A DNA stretch of 63,020 bases, filler included, from Octopus bimaculoides (GCF_001194135.2; 9 parts of 8 records of this genome joined end to end with filler, not necessarily neighbours in it), one strand, 5' to 3'. Positions 38,452 through 51,052 are shown, numbered from the whole stretch's first letter. Numbers and translations: made by a program. Notes: generated from the letters alone by a model not told the origin.

Positions 38452-39460
38452 TTTCGTAGCAGAATCTTCATCCCTTTATTCCTCTTCCTGTACCCCCTTC
38501 GCCCTTCTCTTTCTCATCCACTTCTTTTGTTCGTCCCCCTCCTCTTCTTTTGTTCCTCCTTCTCTTCTTCTTTTGTTCCTCTTCCTCCTCTTCTTTTGTT
38601 CCTCCTCCTCCTCTTCTTTTTTTCCTCTTCCTCCTCTTCTTTTGTTCATCCTCCTCCACTTCTTTTGTTCCTCCTCCTCCTCCTCCTCCTCTGCTTTTGT
38701 TCCTGCTCCTCCTGCTCCTCCTCTTCTTCTTTTGTTCCTCCTCCTCCACCTCTTTTGTTCATCCTTTTCGCCCTTCTTATCCTCTTTCTCTCCTTTATTA
38801 TCATCACCATCACCATCATAACCGCCACCACTGCGGCCGCCTCCACCTCACTATCACCACCACCACCATCATCATCACCATCACCTCCACCATCATCTTC
38901 ATTGTTACCACCACCACCACCACAACCACCACCACCACCACCACCATCACCNNNNNNNNNNNNNNNNNNNNNNNNNNNNNNNNNNNNNNNNNNNNNNNNN
39001 NNNNNNNNNNNNNNNNNNNNNNNNNNNNNNNNNNNNNNNNNNNNNNNNNNNNNNNNNNNNNNNNNNNNNNNNNNNNNNNNNNNNNNNNNNNNNNNNNNNN
39101 NNNNNNNNNNNNNNNNNNNNNNNNNNNNNNNNNNNNNNNNACCACCACCGCCACCACTACTACCACCACCACCACCACTACCACCACCGCCACCAACACC
39201 ATCACTACCACCACCGTCATTGTCAGCCTCATCACAATCTTCATCATCATCATTACCATCATCATTCACATCGTCACCATAATCATCTATTATTACCTAC
39301 AATCACATTACCAATGTTTAGATTGTAAATACTATCAACCCTGCCCCCACCCCTCATCCCATCCCGCCGTCCGAAGGCTCATCATGAACTTCGTCATTCC
39401 CATCCCCAATATTATCGTCCATGTCTCTGCTACTATCATCATCATCATCATCATCATTGT
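38397..39460. repeat. Low-complexity region: (CAT)n, ~18-21-bp cctcctcttcttttgtt minisatellite, (CAC)n
   Basis: Direct reading. Confidence 0.9.
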
Positions 39461-39834
39461 TACCATCGTTCTCTATTTTATTATCGTCTCCCATGACAAT
39501 AAGTAGATTTATTTATTTATTTTTCGTTAATGGTATTATGTGCCTTCGAAGGAGTTCGGACAACAATATTAAGAGGAAACTCCTACGGGAATTTGTAACC
39601 ATTAGCACCGGTTTGTTAGGTGAGCAGTGAACCTGTTGCAATAAATGTCCGTCACTGGGCACCGTTAACGTCATGCCTTGATGTCATTATTCTCCATTAC
39701 ATGAAGTGGAGTTTTCATTATAACTGTGACAGTGATACGCAGATTCGATCAGGAATACAGAAAGAAAGAGAATAAGGCAGCCAAAAACAGTGATTATGTC
39801 TTATTATATATTTAATATGGTATTATTAACAATA

Positions 39835-40142
39835 ATTAATAGTGTCCTTTTAAAGCCTCGCCAGGCTCATGAGCCCGGTTTCCCGGTTTCTATGGTGTAT
39901 GTGTTCCCCACTAGCTGGACGGGACGCCAGTCCATCGCAGCGTTACTCAAGAGACAAGAAGAAAGATTGAGAGAAAGTTGGGGCGAAAGAGTACAACAGG
40001 GGTCGCCACCACCCCCTGCCGGAGCCTCGTGGAGCTTTAGGTGTTTTCGCTCAATAAACACACAACGCGCGGTCTGGGAATCGAAAACGCGATCCTATGA
40101 CCGCGAGTCCGCTGCCCTAACCACTGAGCCATTGCGCCTGCA
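39835..40142 (-). mobile_element. tRNA-derived SINE sharing head and body with family D but carrying a different 3' tail
   Basis: 39969-40140 matches 14663-14838; 39835-39968 is unrelated (gggctcatgagcc..ggctttaaaagg). Confidence 0.85.
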
Positions 40143-40309
40143 TAATATATAGTATTATAGTATGATTTAATATATATTATTTTATATTGTATATAACTTA
40201 TATTAATATCATATATTATATTGATTTTATTTCAGATGTTAATATACAGCGTAACGCTAAAAGTCACGCACCAAAACCCTTGACATTTTATTTATATTAC
40301 ACTGTTGGT

Positions 40310-40455
40310 TGACTCAGCGATTTACCCTTCCGGGGTCGTTAAATTAAGTACCAGTGGACTACTGGTTTCAATATAATCGATTAGTCCACTCCCACCCCCG
40401 CCCACCAAATTTCATGCTTTGTACCTATAGTAGAAAGCATTATTATTATTATTAT
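40310..40455 (+). mobile_element. SINE family A 3' half with (ATT)n tail
   Basis: ccttccggggtcgttaaattaagtaccagt..gtacctatagtagaaagcattattatt. Confidence 0.7.
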
Positions 40456-40916
40456 TATTATTATTGTTCAGTAGTTTTATTTTTATAACGTGCTTTCACT
40501 TCACTACCGAGCGCAGCTCTGTGTGCCTTGGGTATGTGCTGTGGTTTGCTGTGATGCTCTTATGGTTACTGTATTGAAAGTGTTTTGCGTAGAATGTGTG
40601 CAGTACCCAGTAGTGCAATTTTCTGTATGTTATATATATTTGTAATAATGATTTATTGTTTCTTGTCGATCTCTACATATTCTACAGTTACTTGTTNNNN
40701 NNNNNNNNNNNNNNNNNNNNNNNNNNNNNNNNNNNNNNNNTTAATTAATTAANNNNNNNNNNNNNNNNNNNNNNNNNNNNNNNNNNNNNNNNNNNNTATA
40801 TATATGTGTTTGTATGTATGTATGTATGTATGTATGTACGTATGTATGTATGTATGTATGTATGTATGTATGTATGTATGTATGTATACAATGAAAAGAA
40901 GTGGTCAAGGGAAATA

Positions 40917-41288
40917 CTTTAATACATCATTAATTATAAGTTATAAATGTTTCCGTACAACCTTCATTTGCTATGTCAGTTTATGCGAAAATTCTAAAAC
41001 AAAAATTACGTAATATTTTCAGTGTTAGTCATTGGAGAGGCACTTCCTCAGACTCAAAGTCGAGTTATTACGTTATGCGTCTATCCGAGCTTGTTGTTAG
41101 GATCGACAAGCTCTGATAGACGCACAATGTAATAGCATGACTTTGATGCAAGTCTGAGGGAGTGCCTTTCCAATGCCTAAAACTGCAAATATTACGTAAT
41201 TTCTCTTTTAGAATTTTCGGGTAAATTGACGTTGCAAATGGAGGCGGTACGGAAACATTTGTAAGCTATAATTAAAGATATGTTAAAG
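40917..41288. repeat. ~370-bp imperfect palindrome (fold-back/MITE-like)
   Basis: The left arm (ctttaatacatcattaattata..aaatgtttccgtac..gaaaattctaaaa..attacgtaatattt..gcacttcctcagact..atgcgtctatc.gagcttgt) pairs with the right arm around an ~11-nt loop at 41095-41105. Confidence 0.9.
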
Positions 41289-41291
41289 AAT

Positions 41292-41688
41292 TTTCTTTGT
41301 ATTTTTCTTTTCATTGGATTATTTACTCTTCGCCAAACCACATGACAGTATAATCATCATGAAACTTGGATTTTCTATACCAGACTGGGATTTTTTCTTC
41401 CGTCTTCCTTTTCTCTTTGACTTTTCTGTCTCCCGTTTCTGAAGAAGAGCTTTGCTCGAAACGTAAAACACCCTTTCTTTCCTTCCCTGAGCGTCTGTTA
41501 ATACTTTGCATGTACCACGTCTTCGCGTTGTTGTTTCTTTCTTGTATTTTTCTTTTCATTGGATTATTTACTCTTCGCCAAACCACATGACAGTATAATC
41601 ATCATGAAACTTGGATTTTCTATACCAGACTGGGATTTTTTCTTCCGTCTTCCTTTTCTCTTTGACTTTTCTGTCTCCCGTTTCTGAA
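41292..41688 (+). repeat. 245-bp tandem repeat containing a hammerhead motif; second unit cut by a gap
   Basis: Near-identical units offset by 245 nt (cattggatt at 41312 and 41557; duplicate MDFLYQ ORF starts at 41366 and 41611). Confidence 0.9.
41435..41469 (+). ncRNA. Minimal type-I hammerhead ribozyme motif
   Basis: GTTT-CTGAAGA-A-GAGC-TTT-GCTC-GAAA-CGTA-AAAC: stem I GUUU/AAAC, CUGAnGA core, stem II hairpin, GAAA, palindromic ACGU in place of helix III, GUA cleavage triplet. Confidence 0.6.
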
Positions 41689-42877
41689 NNNNNNNNNNNN
41701 NNNNNNNNNNNNNNNNNNNNNNNNNNNNNNNNNNNNNNNNNNNNNNNNNNNNNNNNNNATATATACAGTCGATTAAATCGACCACAATACTTGACTGGTA
41801 TTTATTTTATTCATCACGGAAGGAAGAAAGGCAAAGATAACTTTACTGGTCAATTATTGCAAAAGTATTTACATTAAGACAACTTTTTTAAAACCTTCAA
41901 ATAGATTCCAAATTATGCATTAAAAACTTTACCTTTTCGACTGTTATCTTTTTTCCTTTTTTCATTTGTGATTCAACATTAAAAACTTCAGTGTCCAATA
42001 TTTCATCTCAATTTCTAGTTGTTGTCATCCATTATGAGTATAATAACTCACAGCTCCTCCTCCTCCTCTTTCAACTGTTATACACGCATAAACAAAAAAA
42101 AATCTACCGGAAAATATCAGCGAAGTTGCTAAACAATATGGCGCTTTGAGAGTCATTTGACTGCACGCAGTTTTTGCGGCATAGACTGCATAAGATTTAT
42201 ATATCTAAGTAAATACTTTCAATATTGATTTTCAAATGGATATATTGTTATTAGATTTCTTTTTTAAAAAAGTATCTATTATCTTTATAATCCAATTTTA
42301 TTCAGAGATATTATAAAGGGTTATAAATTATCTTAGGTATTACTGAGTCAGGCTACTTAATTAAAAATAAATAAATAAAATGAAAATATAAATTCAATTC
42401 CAATGTAGTTTGGTGAAATACTTTTCAGAGATTAAGTTCTTACACGTTGCGGTCAAATTTCCATTAATGTATTTTATCGCCCCTTATGTTTATAATAAAC
42501 GGAATTTTCCGTTATAATTTAAGTGGGAAATCTTTATTCATTTTTGTATTGTCTTGCGATATTAAAATAAACAACAACCACTATGACAACGAAAACAACG
42601 AAGACAGCAAAAACAACAACAGCAACAACAATAACCTCAACGATAACAACAATAACAAAAATAACAACATCAACAACAACAGCAACAATAATAATAATAA
42701 TAATGATTTCATTTATTAATGATAATAATAAATGTGCTTGATTGTTGACTATATTAAGAAGGCGGATGTAAAATATGGTGTGCTCAAGTTATAAAAACAA
42801 ATGGGATTAAAGTTTGGTCTGCTGAAGATAAAAAATAATCAATATTACTGTTGGAAATAATTGAAAACACCGCAAGC

Positions 42878-42899
42878 TAATAATAATAATAATAATAAT

Positions 42900-42949
<50 letters not shown>

Positions 42950-42962
42950 TAATAATAATAAC

Positions 42963-43025
<63 letters not shown>

Positions 43026-43074
43026 AAGAAGAAGAAGAAGAAGAAGAAGAAGAAGAAGAAGAAGAAGAAGAATG

Positions 43075-43120
<46 letters not shown>
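42878..43120. repeat. Compound (AAT)n(AAG)n(AAT)n microsatellite
   Basis: Direct reading. Confidence 0.95.
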
Positions 43121-43523
43121 GTTCACTGTTGTTTTACCATATTTTTTTTTTATTTTTTAGCTGACTTTATGATGATGGAAATAATCTGTTAACACTTCAA
43201 GAATCACAGTACCAAGATGAAAAGTTTGGAAAGATCATTCGATTTTATTACCTGTCTCTTAATATGATTAATTTGTTACCAACAACATTTGCATATTTGT
43301 GGAAAATTGATAGGTTTTAGCTGGTGTACTTTTTTTTTTACTTTGTTAGTAAAAATGCAGCCATATTTATCGCAAGGAATAATCATCATCAACTATATCG
43401 ACCTCCAAGTATATTTCTCTGCATATTATCAGACTAAACCGTGAAATTTACCCCTATAATACTAGTTCTAATGTATTTATAACATTGAAACATATGTATA
43501 TAGATAGATAGATAGATATATAT

Positions 43524-43559
<36 letters not shown>

Positions 43560-43696
43560 GCAGACAGGCAGACAGACAAGCAGACAGACAGACAGACACA
43601 TACATACATACATACATACATACACGCACACATACATACATACATACATACATACATACACGCACACATACATACATACATACATACATACATACG

Positions 43697-44030
43697 TGAA
43701 GGTGCATGGCTCAGTGGTTAGAGCGTTGAGCTTACGATCGTGAGGTTGTGAGTTCGATTCTCGGAACGGACTGCGTGTTGTGTCCTTGGGCAAGACACTT
43801 TATTTCACGTTGCTCCAGTTCACTCAGCTGTAGAAATGAGTTGCGACTTCATTGGTGCCAAGTTCTATCGGATTTTGCCTTTCTCTTGGATCACATCAGT
43901 GATGTGGACAAGGGAGGCTGGTATAGATGGGAGAATGCTTATCTTCCATAAACAACCTTGCCCAGACTTGTGCCTCGGAGGTTTATTTTCTAAGTGCAAT
44001 CCCATGGCCATTCATGACCGAATGGGTCAC
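43697..44030 (+). mobile_element. tRNA(Arg)-like-headed SINE family C with a CORE/V-like central segment
   Basis: ggtgcatggctcagtggttagagcg..cttACGatcgtgaggttgtgagttcgattc, then ccttgggcaagacactttatttcacgttgctccagttcactcagctgtagaaatgag. Confidence 0.8.
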
Positions 44031-44096
44031 ACACATACATACATGCACACATATAGTTCTATATTTAAGAGATGAGGAATTATGTACATTATTCAC

Positions 44097-44133
<37 letters not shown>

Positions 44134-44134
44134 T

Positions 44135-44303
44135 TCTTTTCTTTTCTTCCCGCGATCCCTTTTGAACGAAATCCCCACCTTTTTTTTCCGCGATCCCTTT
44201 TGATCGAAATTATCCCCCCCCCCTCCAAGAAAAGCTCTACTTTGTAATTTGTCCATTTTCTGTATTTAGCCCTGTGTGGCTATAATAGAAAGATATCTAT
44301 CTA
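44135..44303 (+). mobile_element. (TATC)n-tailed repeat, longer copy 3
   Basis: Two ccgcgatcccttttga.cgaaat units, then aagaaaagctctac..gccctgtgtggctataatagaaagatatctatct; preceded by (TATC)n. Confidence 0.7.
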
Positions 44304-44318
44304 ATATATATATATATA

Positions 44319-45324
44319 CTCCCAGAACCATGCTAACAGCTTAGGGGTGAAATTTAGGATTTCTCGGTTTTTTGTGAATCGATTTTGATAAAATTTTCCC
44401 AGCTGGTTTGCACACTATGGCAATACCATTGTTATGTTTTAATTATCCTGTGTAACATCCTTTCTTTTTTATTTCAAAGTTTTCAGTTTGAATATGTGTT
44501 TAACAGAAAACTATAATAATATTATAACATTTATTCACATAATTAATTATGTAGCCAAATGAGCGCCATTTTCACAGATGAATTCAAAAATCCTATTAGA
44601 CATGGAATCTGTCAATTTCTTAATAGTAGCAGGCTGGACTCCTTCTACTACACCTTTGATGGTCACCCATAAGACATCTTTCGACGTTAATTGGCGTCCA
44701 TCGGCATAAACATCTTGTTTAATGATGGACCACAGACTTTCGATGGGGTCGGGATCCGGAGATGCTAGTGGTCACACCATCAACCTTTCACCTTGCATGG
44801 CGCAAGACCCCAGGAATGTTTGGATGTTCCTAGCAGAGTGAGAGGGAGCACTTGCATGGATGAATATGAGATTCCTTAGAAGTGACGGCAGTATGTCATC
44901 TAGCCATGGATACAAGACCTCCTTCAAGAGACTGCAGTAGGCGGCTGTGGTCACTTTAACCTCTTCAGACACCCTGTCTGGGGCAACAAGTCTATCCCCG
45001 ATGATACCAGCCTGCAACATGACCCCTCCACACTGTTGTTGGCATCGTAAACGTTGGTGACGCTCATCTCCAAAATAAACACAAGCATTTGCCCAACCAT
45101 CAGGTTCATCAAGGGTCTTCAAGTTCATCAAGGGTCGCGTGATTCACCCGAACACTGAAAAATCTGAAATAAAAAAGAACGGACATTACACAGAATAGCA
45201 AAAACATAACAATGGTGTTGCCATAGTGTGCAAAACCAGCAGGGAAACGTTTTATCAAAATCGATTCACAGAAAACCGAGAAATCCTAAATTTCACTCCT
45301 AACCTATTAGCATGGTTCTAGATG
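44319..45324 (-). mobile_element. Internally deleted Tc1-type DNA transposon, DD37E (TRT-like), with ~120-bp TIRs
   Basis: TIRs at ~44319-44440 and ~45200-45324; minus-strand TLDEPDGW..QQCGGVM..GVK-like EVK..FIH(D>A)SAPSH..M V*PLASPDPDPIESLWSIIK, with 37 residues counted between the second D position and E; TA at the left end. Confidence 0.85.
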
Positions 45325-45330
45325 TGTGTG

Positions 45331-45385
<55 letters not shown>

Positions 45386-45485
45386 NNNNNNNNNNNNNNN
45401 NNNNNNNNNNNNNNNNNNNNNNNNNNNNNTTAATTAATTAANNNNNNNNNNNNNNNNNNNNNNNNNNNNNNNNNNNNNNNNNNNN

Positions 45486-45516
<31 letters not shown>

Positions 45517-45519
<3 letters not shown>

Positions 45520-45750
45520 AGACCTGTCTGCTACACCAGAATCGATACTGGTGCCATGTTAAAAGCACTCATGCTGCTGCCATTGAAAGCACCCAGTATA
45601 CTCAATGGAATAGTTAGTGTTAGGAAGGGTGTCTAGCCATAGAAACTATGCCAGAACAGACAAAGGAGCCTGGTGAAACCCCTGGCCTTACCAGCTCCAG
45701 TCAAACTGTCCAACTCATGCCAGTATGGAAAACAGATTTTAAATGATGAT
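45517..45750 (+). mobile_element. RTE LINE 3' UTR end with (TGA)n tail
   Basis: aggaagggtgtctagcc..ccagtcaaactgtccaactcatgccagtatggaaaacagattttaaatgatgat; homologous to the 47.1 and 50.5 kb copies. Confidence 0.65.
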
Positions 45751-46453
45751 AATTGTGAAATATATGTTGTGTGAAGTTGAACAGAGGAGTTAACTTGTTG
45801 AGAGTATCAGGTGGGAGAGTAGTTAAAGTAGAAAGAGCAAGGAGGGGAATAGCAGGCGGTTGTACCACAAATGAAGACCTTGAAAATTTCCTCGATTCCC
45901 TCTATCATACCAAAAATACTTACACAACAAGCCAACAACAGGGAGTCTACAAACACTGAATCTGATGGAAACAGCAACCAAATCTGCCATAAACCCCACC
46001 CCATTGTTTAACCAATGAGAGAATGGCAACACTGTAGATGATTTAATTGTAGATATACAAGATAGTGGTCACTGGAATGCAATATGGTTACAGGAGTGTT
46101 CAATTGAGACTGACCCTCGGCTAAATAACAATAACAATCACAAAAATTTGCTGCACATATTACTGGAAAGCATATCTAACAGGATACACTCCTCACTGAT
46201 GAACAATACACAATGAAAATTCCTCCATTTATTATAATTACTGAGATACAACATGTAATTGTGAATACTTGTCTAGAGATCCTTAAACCTAAAGTGGATT
46301 TTGAAAGGATATACATCCTCCTATGTCTTGGAAACTCTACTCTCTTATTTCTCTCTCTCCATTTCTCTCTCCCCTCTCTCCACCTCTCTTTGCCCAATTT
46401 GGGTATTTAATTTGCTTTATCTGCTTTTGTTTCGAACGTATATTTTTTCTTTG

Positions 46454-46519
<66 letters not shown>

Positions 46520-47104
46520 ATCATCATCGTCATTATCATCATCAACAGCAACATCCACGTTTCCAAGTGCATGAGTCAGAGAAAATTTGGTGAGATAGAT
46601 GTTCTCCAGCTAGATGCCCTTTCTGTTACCAGCCCACACCTATTTCCTAACAAAGTAATATTTTCTTTCAATGCTAGACAAGTCTTACATGAAACACTGA
46701 AAATTAACAACCATACTTGTATGCCAATGATGCTCATTTACAACCATCACGTACTGTCTATACAAGGCTAAACATAAACGCACACTCTCAGTACATACAC
46801 ATCATCATCATCATCAGCACCAGTGGCAGCGGCAGCAGCATTATCATCTNNNNNNNNNNNNNNNNNNNNNNNNNNNNNCTGTTACCAGCCCACACCTATT
46901 TCCTAACAAAGTAATATTTTCTTTCAATGCTAGACAAGTCTTACATGAAACACTGAAAATTAACAACCATACTTGTATGCCAATGATGCTCATTTACAAC
47001 CATCACGTACTGTCTATACAAGGCTAAACATAAACGCACACTCTCAGTACATACACATCATCATCATCATCAGCCCCAGTGGCAGCGGCAGCAGCGGTAG
47101 CAGC

Positions 47105-47632
47105 AGCAGCATTATCATCTAATGTCTGCTTTCCATGCTGGCATTAGTTGGGTGGTTTGACTAAAAACTGGTAAGCCAGGGAGCTGCATCAGGTTCCAAT
47201 CTGATTTGGCATGGTTTTTATGGTAGGATGCCTTTCCTAATGCCAACCACTCTAAGAGTTTAGCAGGTACTTTTTACATGCCCCCAGCATGGGTGCCATT
47301 TATGAAATACTGGTATCACCCATGACTATGATCTCACTTGGTTTGACAGGTCTTCTCAAACATGGTGTATTGCCAAAGATCTCAGTCACTTGTCACTGCC
47401 TTCGTGAGGCCCAAAATTCGAAGGGTGCCAGTTGCGTAACACAGGTGTCACCGACAACTAAGATTTCACTTGGCTTGATGGGTCTTCTCAATGATGGTAT
47501 ATCACCAAAGGTTTTGGTCACATTCAAAGATCATGCTTCACCACCTCCTTCCATGCCTTCCTGGGTCTCCCTCTTCCACATGTTCCCTACACCTTTAGAG
47601 ATTGGCACTTCTTTGCACCAAATGTGACAACA
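47105..47632 (-). mobile_element. RTE LINE 3' end (C-terminal ORF remnant plus 3' UTR)
   Basis: Minus strand KKCQSLKV*GTCGRGRPRKAWKEVVKHDL (RTE-type C-terminal RGRP motif), followed by the UTR shared with the other copies. Confidence 0.75.
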
Positions 47633-48002
47633 AAAGAGGTAGATTGATCTTTAAATGATACAAGCATGGGGACTTACATACAAGACTTCAAGTTTCTGTG
47701 TCTATTTGATAATCGTTGCACATCTTCAGCTGTTTTTATTTTTGATCCATGCCTATGACAAAATGAACTTGCCAATATTTAGATACCTCACTCATTGATT
47801 CATCACAATATTTCATTATTCTTAATCTTTATTCAACTTTGGAACAACAGAGCCTAAAGAAGGCAAGAAACCCAGATGGTGGGACATTTTTGTGTTAACT
47901 GGAATTGAACCTGGTTAACTTGGTTTTCATAATTGTCTCCTTCCTTCTTCTTTCTTCTTTCTTTCCTTCTCTTTGCCATTGACACTCCTTACAGATGCAG
48001 AG

Positions 48003-48042
<40 letters not shown>

Positions 48043-48429
48043 ACACACTCACTCACACACACACACACACACACACACAGGCACACACACATACACACAC
48101 AAAAACACACCCACTCTCTCTCTCTCACTGGACAATGATGGCAACTTTTTGAAAAATAACTTTTTTCCAAAAAATGTCCCCATCCTTAAATAGCCACCTG
48201 GTTTTGCCATTTTTAAAGGCCAAGAATCAACTTGTCATCTTCTACTGAAAGAACTACCCAGCTGTAAACACAATTTTCTTTCTTTCACTCTTCTTTCTTT
48301 CTTTCCTTCTCTTTCCCATTGACACTCCTTTCAGATACACAGGCACACACACATACACACACACACACAAACACAAACACACACACTCTCTCTCACTTTC
48401 TCCCTATTACTCATCCTCTTTTAGAATCC

Positions 48430-48810
48430 TATATACCTCCACCCCTACACATTCAATAATACTATAAAAAGAGACAAATCCTCTCAAGAAAAATTAAATC
48501 TGAGGAGTCTACTAGAATAGATGCAAGTGCTAATATATGATTTATAAAAACGTGTGACGTATTAATAAAAATCTGTAAATGTACAACCATCCAGATATCG
48601 GAGTACCTTATTATTTTTTCTAATATATAATTCCTCTACATCACCTCTAAACCTTCTGATATCGCAATACTACCTTCCCTCATATTTTGTATATTGTATA
48701 TCTTACATACCCTAAATACATTTACTTTTTAGCTCCTACCACTTTAATTTATTAATTTGTCTTCTACTCAACAACATAACAGCATAATATTGTCTGGTTC
48801 CCTTCTAAGT
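48430..48810 (-). mobile_element. Possible highly degraded CR1/L2-type LINE C-terminus
   Basis: Minus strand KYEGR..IRRFRGDVEELY resembles the YEER..RRLRGDL motif; otherwise decayed. Confidence 0.3.
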
Positions 48811-49960
48811 ACTTACCTTATCATATTTTCTTTTTAAGTTTTTTTCCCTCTTCTCCTACAACGCCATATTGTCACGTGTCTCACATATTTTAATTCTACA
48901 TGGTAATTTTAATATTTGTGGTCACAAATAAATGCCATTTTGTCACGTGATACACATCGTTTAAATTTCTTTGCCTAATGGGTAATACCANNNNNNNNNN
49001 NNNNNNNNNNNNNNNNNNNNNNNNNNNNNNNNNNTTAATTAATTAANNNNNNNNNNNNNNNNNNNNNNNNNNNNNNNNNNNNNNNNNNNNCACCCAGAAC
49101 ACATACACTATAACCATCACCAAGACCTACAGGTGTAGAGCAGCAGATATGGCCAGAAATAGATGCATAGGTGTACAGAAATAGACATGTCACACTGCAC
49201 TACATACTACTGCATANNNNNNNNNNAGGTGTACAGAAATAGACATGTCACACTGCACTACATACTACTGCATATCAAAGTATGTACTATGGTTCTAAAC
49301 TAGACATTAGCATAGAACAAAGATCTCTCGGTTGCACCTAGTCTTTCAGCTCAATACCTGAACATCATAGATTCACTNNNNNNNNNNNNNNNNNNNNNNN
49401 NNNNNNNNNNNNNNNNNNNNNNNNNNNNNNNNNNNNNNNNNNNNNNNNNNNNNNNNNNNNNNNNNNNNNNNNNNNNNNNNNNNNNNNNNNNNNNNNNNNN
49501 NNNNNNNNNNNNNNNNNNNNNNNNNNNNNNTTTATAGCATAACTAAAATATACAGATATTTGTTTCCTCAATAAGACAAATAAAAAAAATTTATTGACAC
49601 ACACAATAATTTATTACACAGAAAAGAAAAAAAGCTTCCCACCAACTATAAACATCTCCCTCTCTCTTTCCACAACTGGAAACACTTATTTCCAGTTGTG
49701 AATAATATAGGTTTATTAGCTAGCTTTCTATCTCTGTTTCCCTCACTCACAAAGATCAATATGCTAAAAAGTAGCTGAAATTTTACAGATGTTGAACAAA
49801 CATTTATTAAAATTATTGGAATTATCTCTCTCTTTAACAAAGCTTTCTACAGAGAAATTAATAATAGAGCCGATATACTTTTACTACTCAGCTCACCTGA
49901 ATTTTTCACTTCATGTAAGTTAACAGTCTACATCCAAATGAGCAATATATCAGCATAAAA

Positions 49961-50175
49961 GATATGCATTTTGAGTTAATACCAGGAAAAGGTACAGCAG
50001 ATGCCATATTAATTGTGAGATAATTTCAAGAGTATTTAGCTAGGGAATAGCTCTAAAACACAGCAATCATCAACCTAGGACAGGGTTTCATTAGGAAACT
50101 AGAAATAGATGAATGGCTTGTGAGGGCCATGCAAGCTATGTATAGAGACAGTAAATAAAGTGAGAGTCAATAAAG
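49961..50175 (+). pseudogene. Degenerate RTE RT fragment
   Basis: DMHFELIPGKGTADAILIVR*FQEY..RKLEIDEWLVRAMQAMYRD, paralogous to the 36.0-36.3 kb fragment. Confidence 0.75.
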
Positions 50176-50477
50176 AGAGGTGGAGTTGTTTATTTGCCCA
50201 GAGAAGCAAAAATGTTACATTTGAAACAAGGATGTTCATGACAGTGGTGTAAAAGTTAAACAAGTCAATTTCTCTGGTTTCTACCACCAAAAATGAGGAT
50301 CTGGCGGCCACCCTATTGTTGTTTTTTACATTCAGATATTAAAATAAAAAATTTTAAATCCTTTTAGTCACTTAAGTGAAATGAAATTAACATTGATATA
50401 GGCACAGACATGGCTATGTAGTTAAGACATTCACTTTGCAGCCACATGCTTTTATATTTCCAATAACTTAGCAGTTT

Positions 50478-50892
50478 CACATCATCATCAATGAACACTT
50501 TCCATGCTGGTATGGGTTGGATGATTTGACAGGAGCTGGCCAGACTCCAATTGTCCGTTTTGGCATAGTGTCTACAGCTTGATGCCCTTCCTAATGCCAG
50601 CTACTTTACAGAGTGTGCTGGGTGCTTTTTACATGTCACTGGCATGGGTGCATTTACACAGTAGCAGCACAAGTGCATTTTATGTGGCATGGGCACCTGC
50701 AAGACAAAGACTTCTCAGCTGGGAGAGGGAGTGGGGGCAAGGCCAAAAGGGACATGCCTGTATGGATGGATGGCCACAATTTTACTTAGCTTGAAGCATC
50801 TTAAGTACAGCAAATCACCACACACCCTGGTCCCTTGTCATCTCCTTAGTGAGACCCAGCATCTGAAGATCCTTTCTCACCACTTCATCCCA
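50478..50892 (-). mobile_element. RTE LINE 3' UTR end
   Basis: catcatcat..ctttccatgctggtatgggttgg..gatgcccttcctaatgcc..gggtgcttttt. Confidence 0.7.
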
Positions 50893-50992
50893 NNNNNNNN
50901 NNNNNNNNNNNNNNNNNNNNNNNNNNNNNNNNNNNNTTAATTAATTAANNNNNNNNNNNNNNNNNNNNNNNNNNNNNNNNNNNNNNNNNNNN

Positions 50993-51052
<60 letters not shown>

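Noticed and set aside
38468-39506. Pro/Thr/Gly/Glu-rich ORFs
   Set aside because: Minisatellite and (CAC)n/(CCT)n repeats spanning a gap
41292-41688. CRISPR-like or tRNA-like interpretation of the tandem repeat
   Set aside because: Eukaryotic context, no spacers between units and no cloverleaf
43697-43770. tRNA-Arg(ACG) gene
   Set aside because: No acceptor-stem closure or poly-T terminator; it continues directly into a SINE body
46619-47100. ~200-bp direct duplication
   Set aside because: Near-identical copies flank a 30-N gap; most likely unmerged contig overlap (same for 49167-49276)
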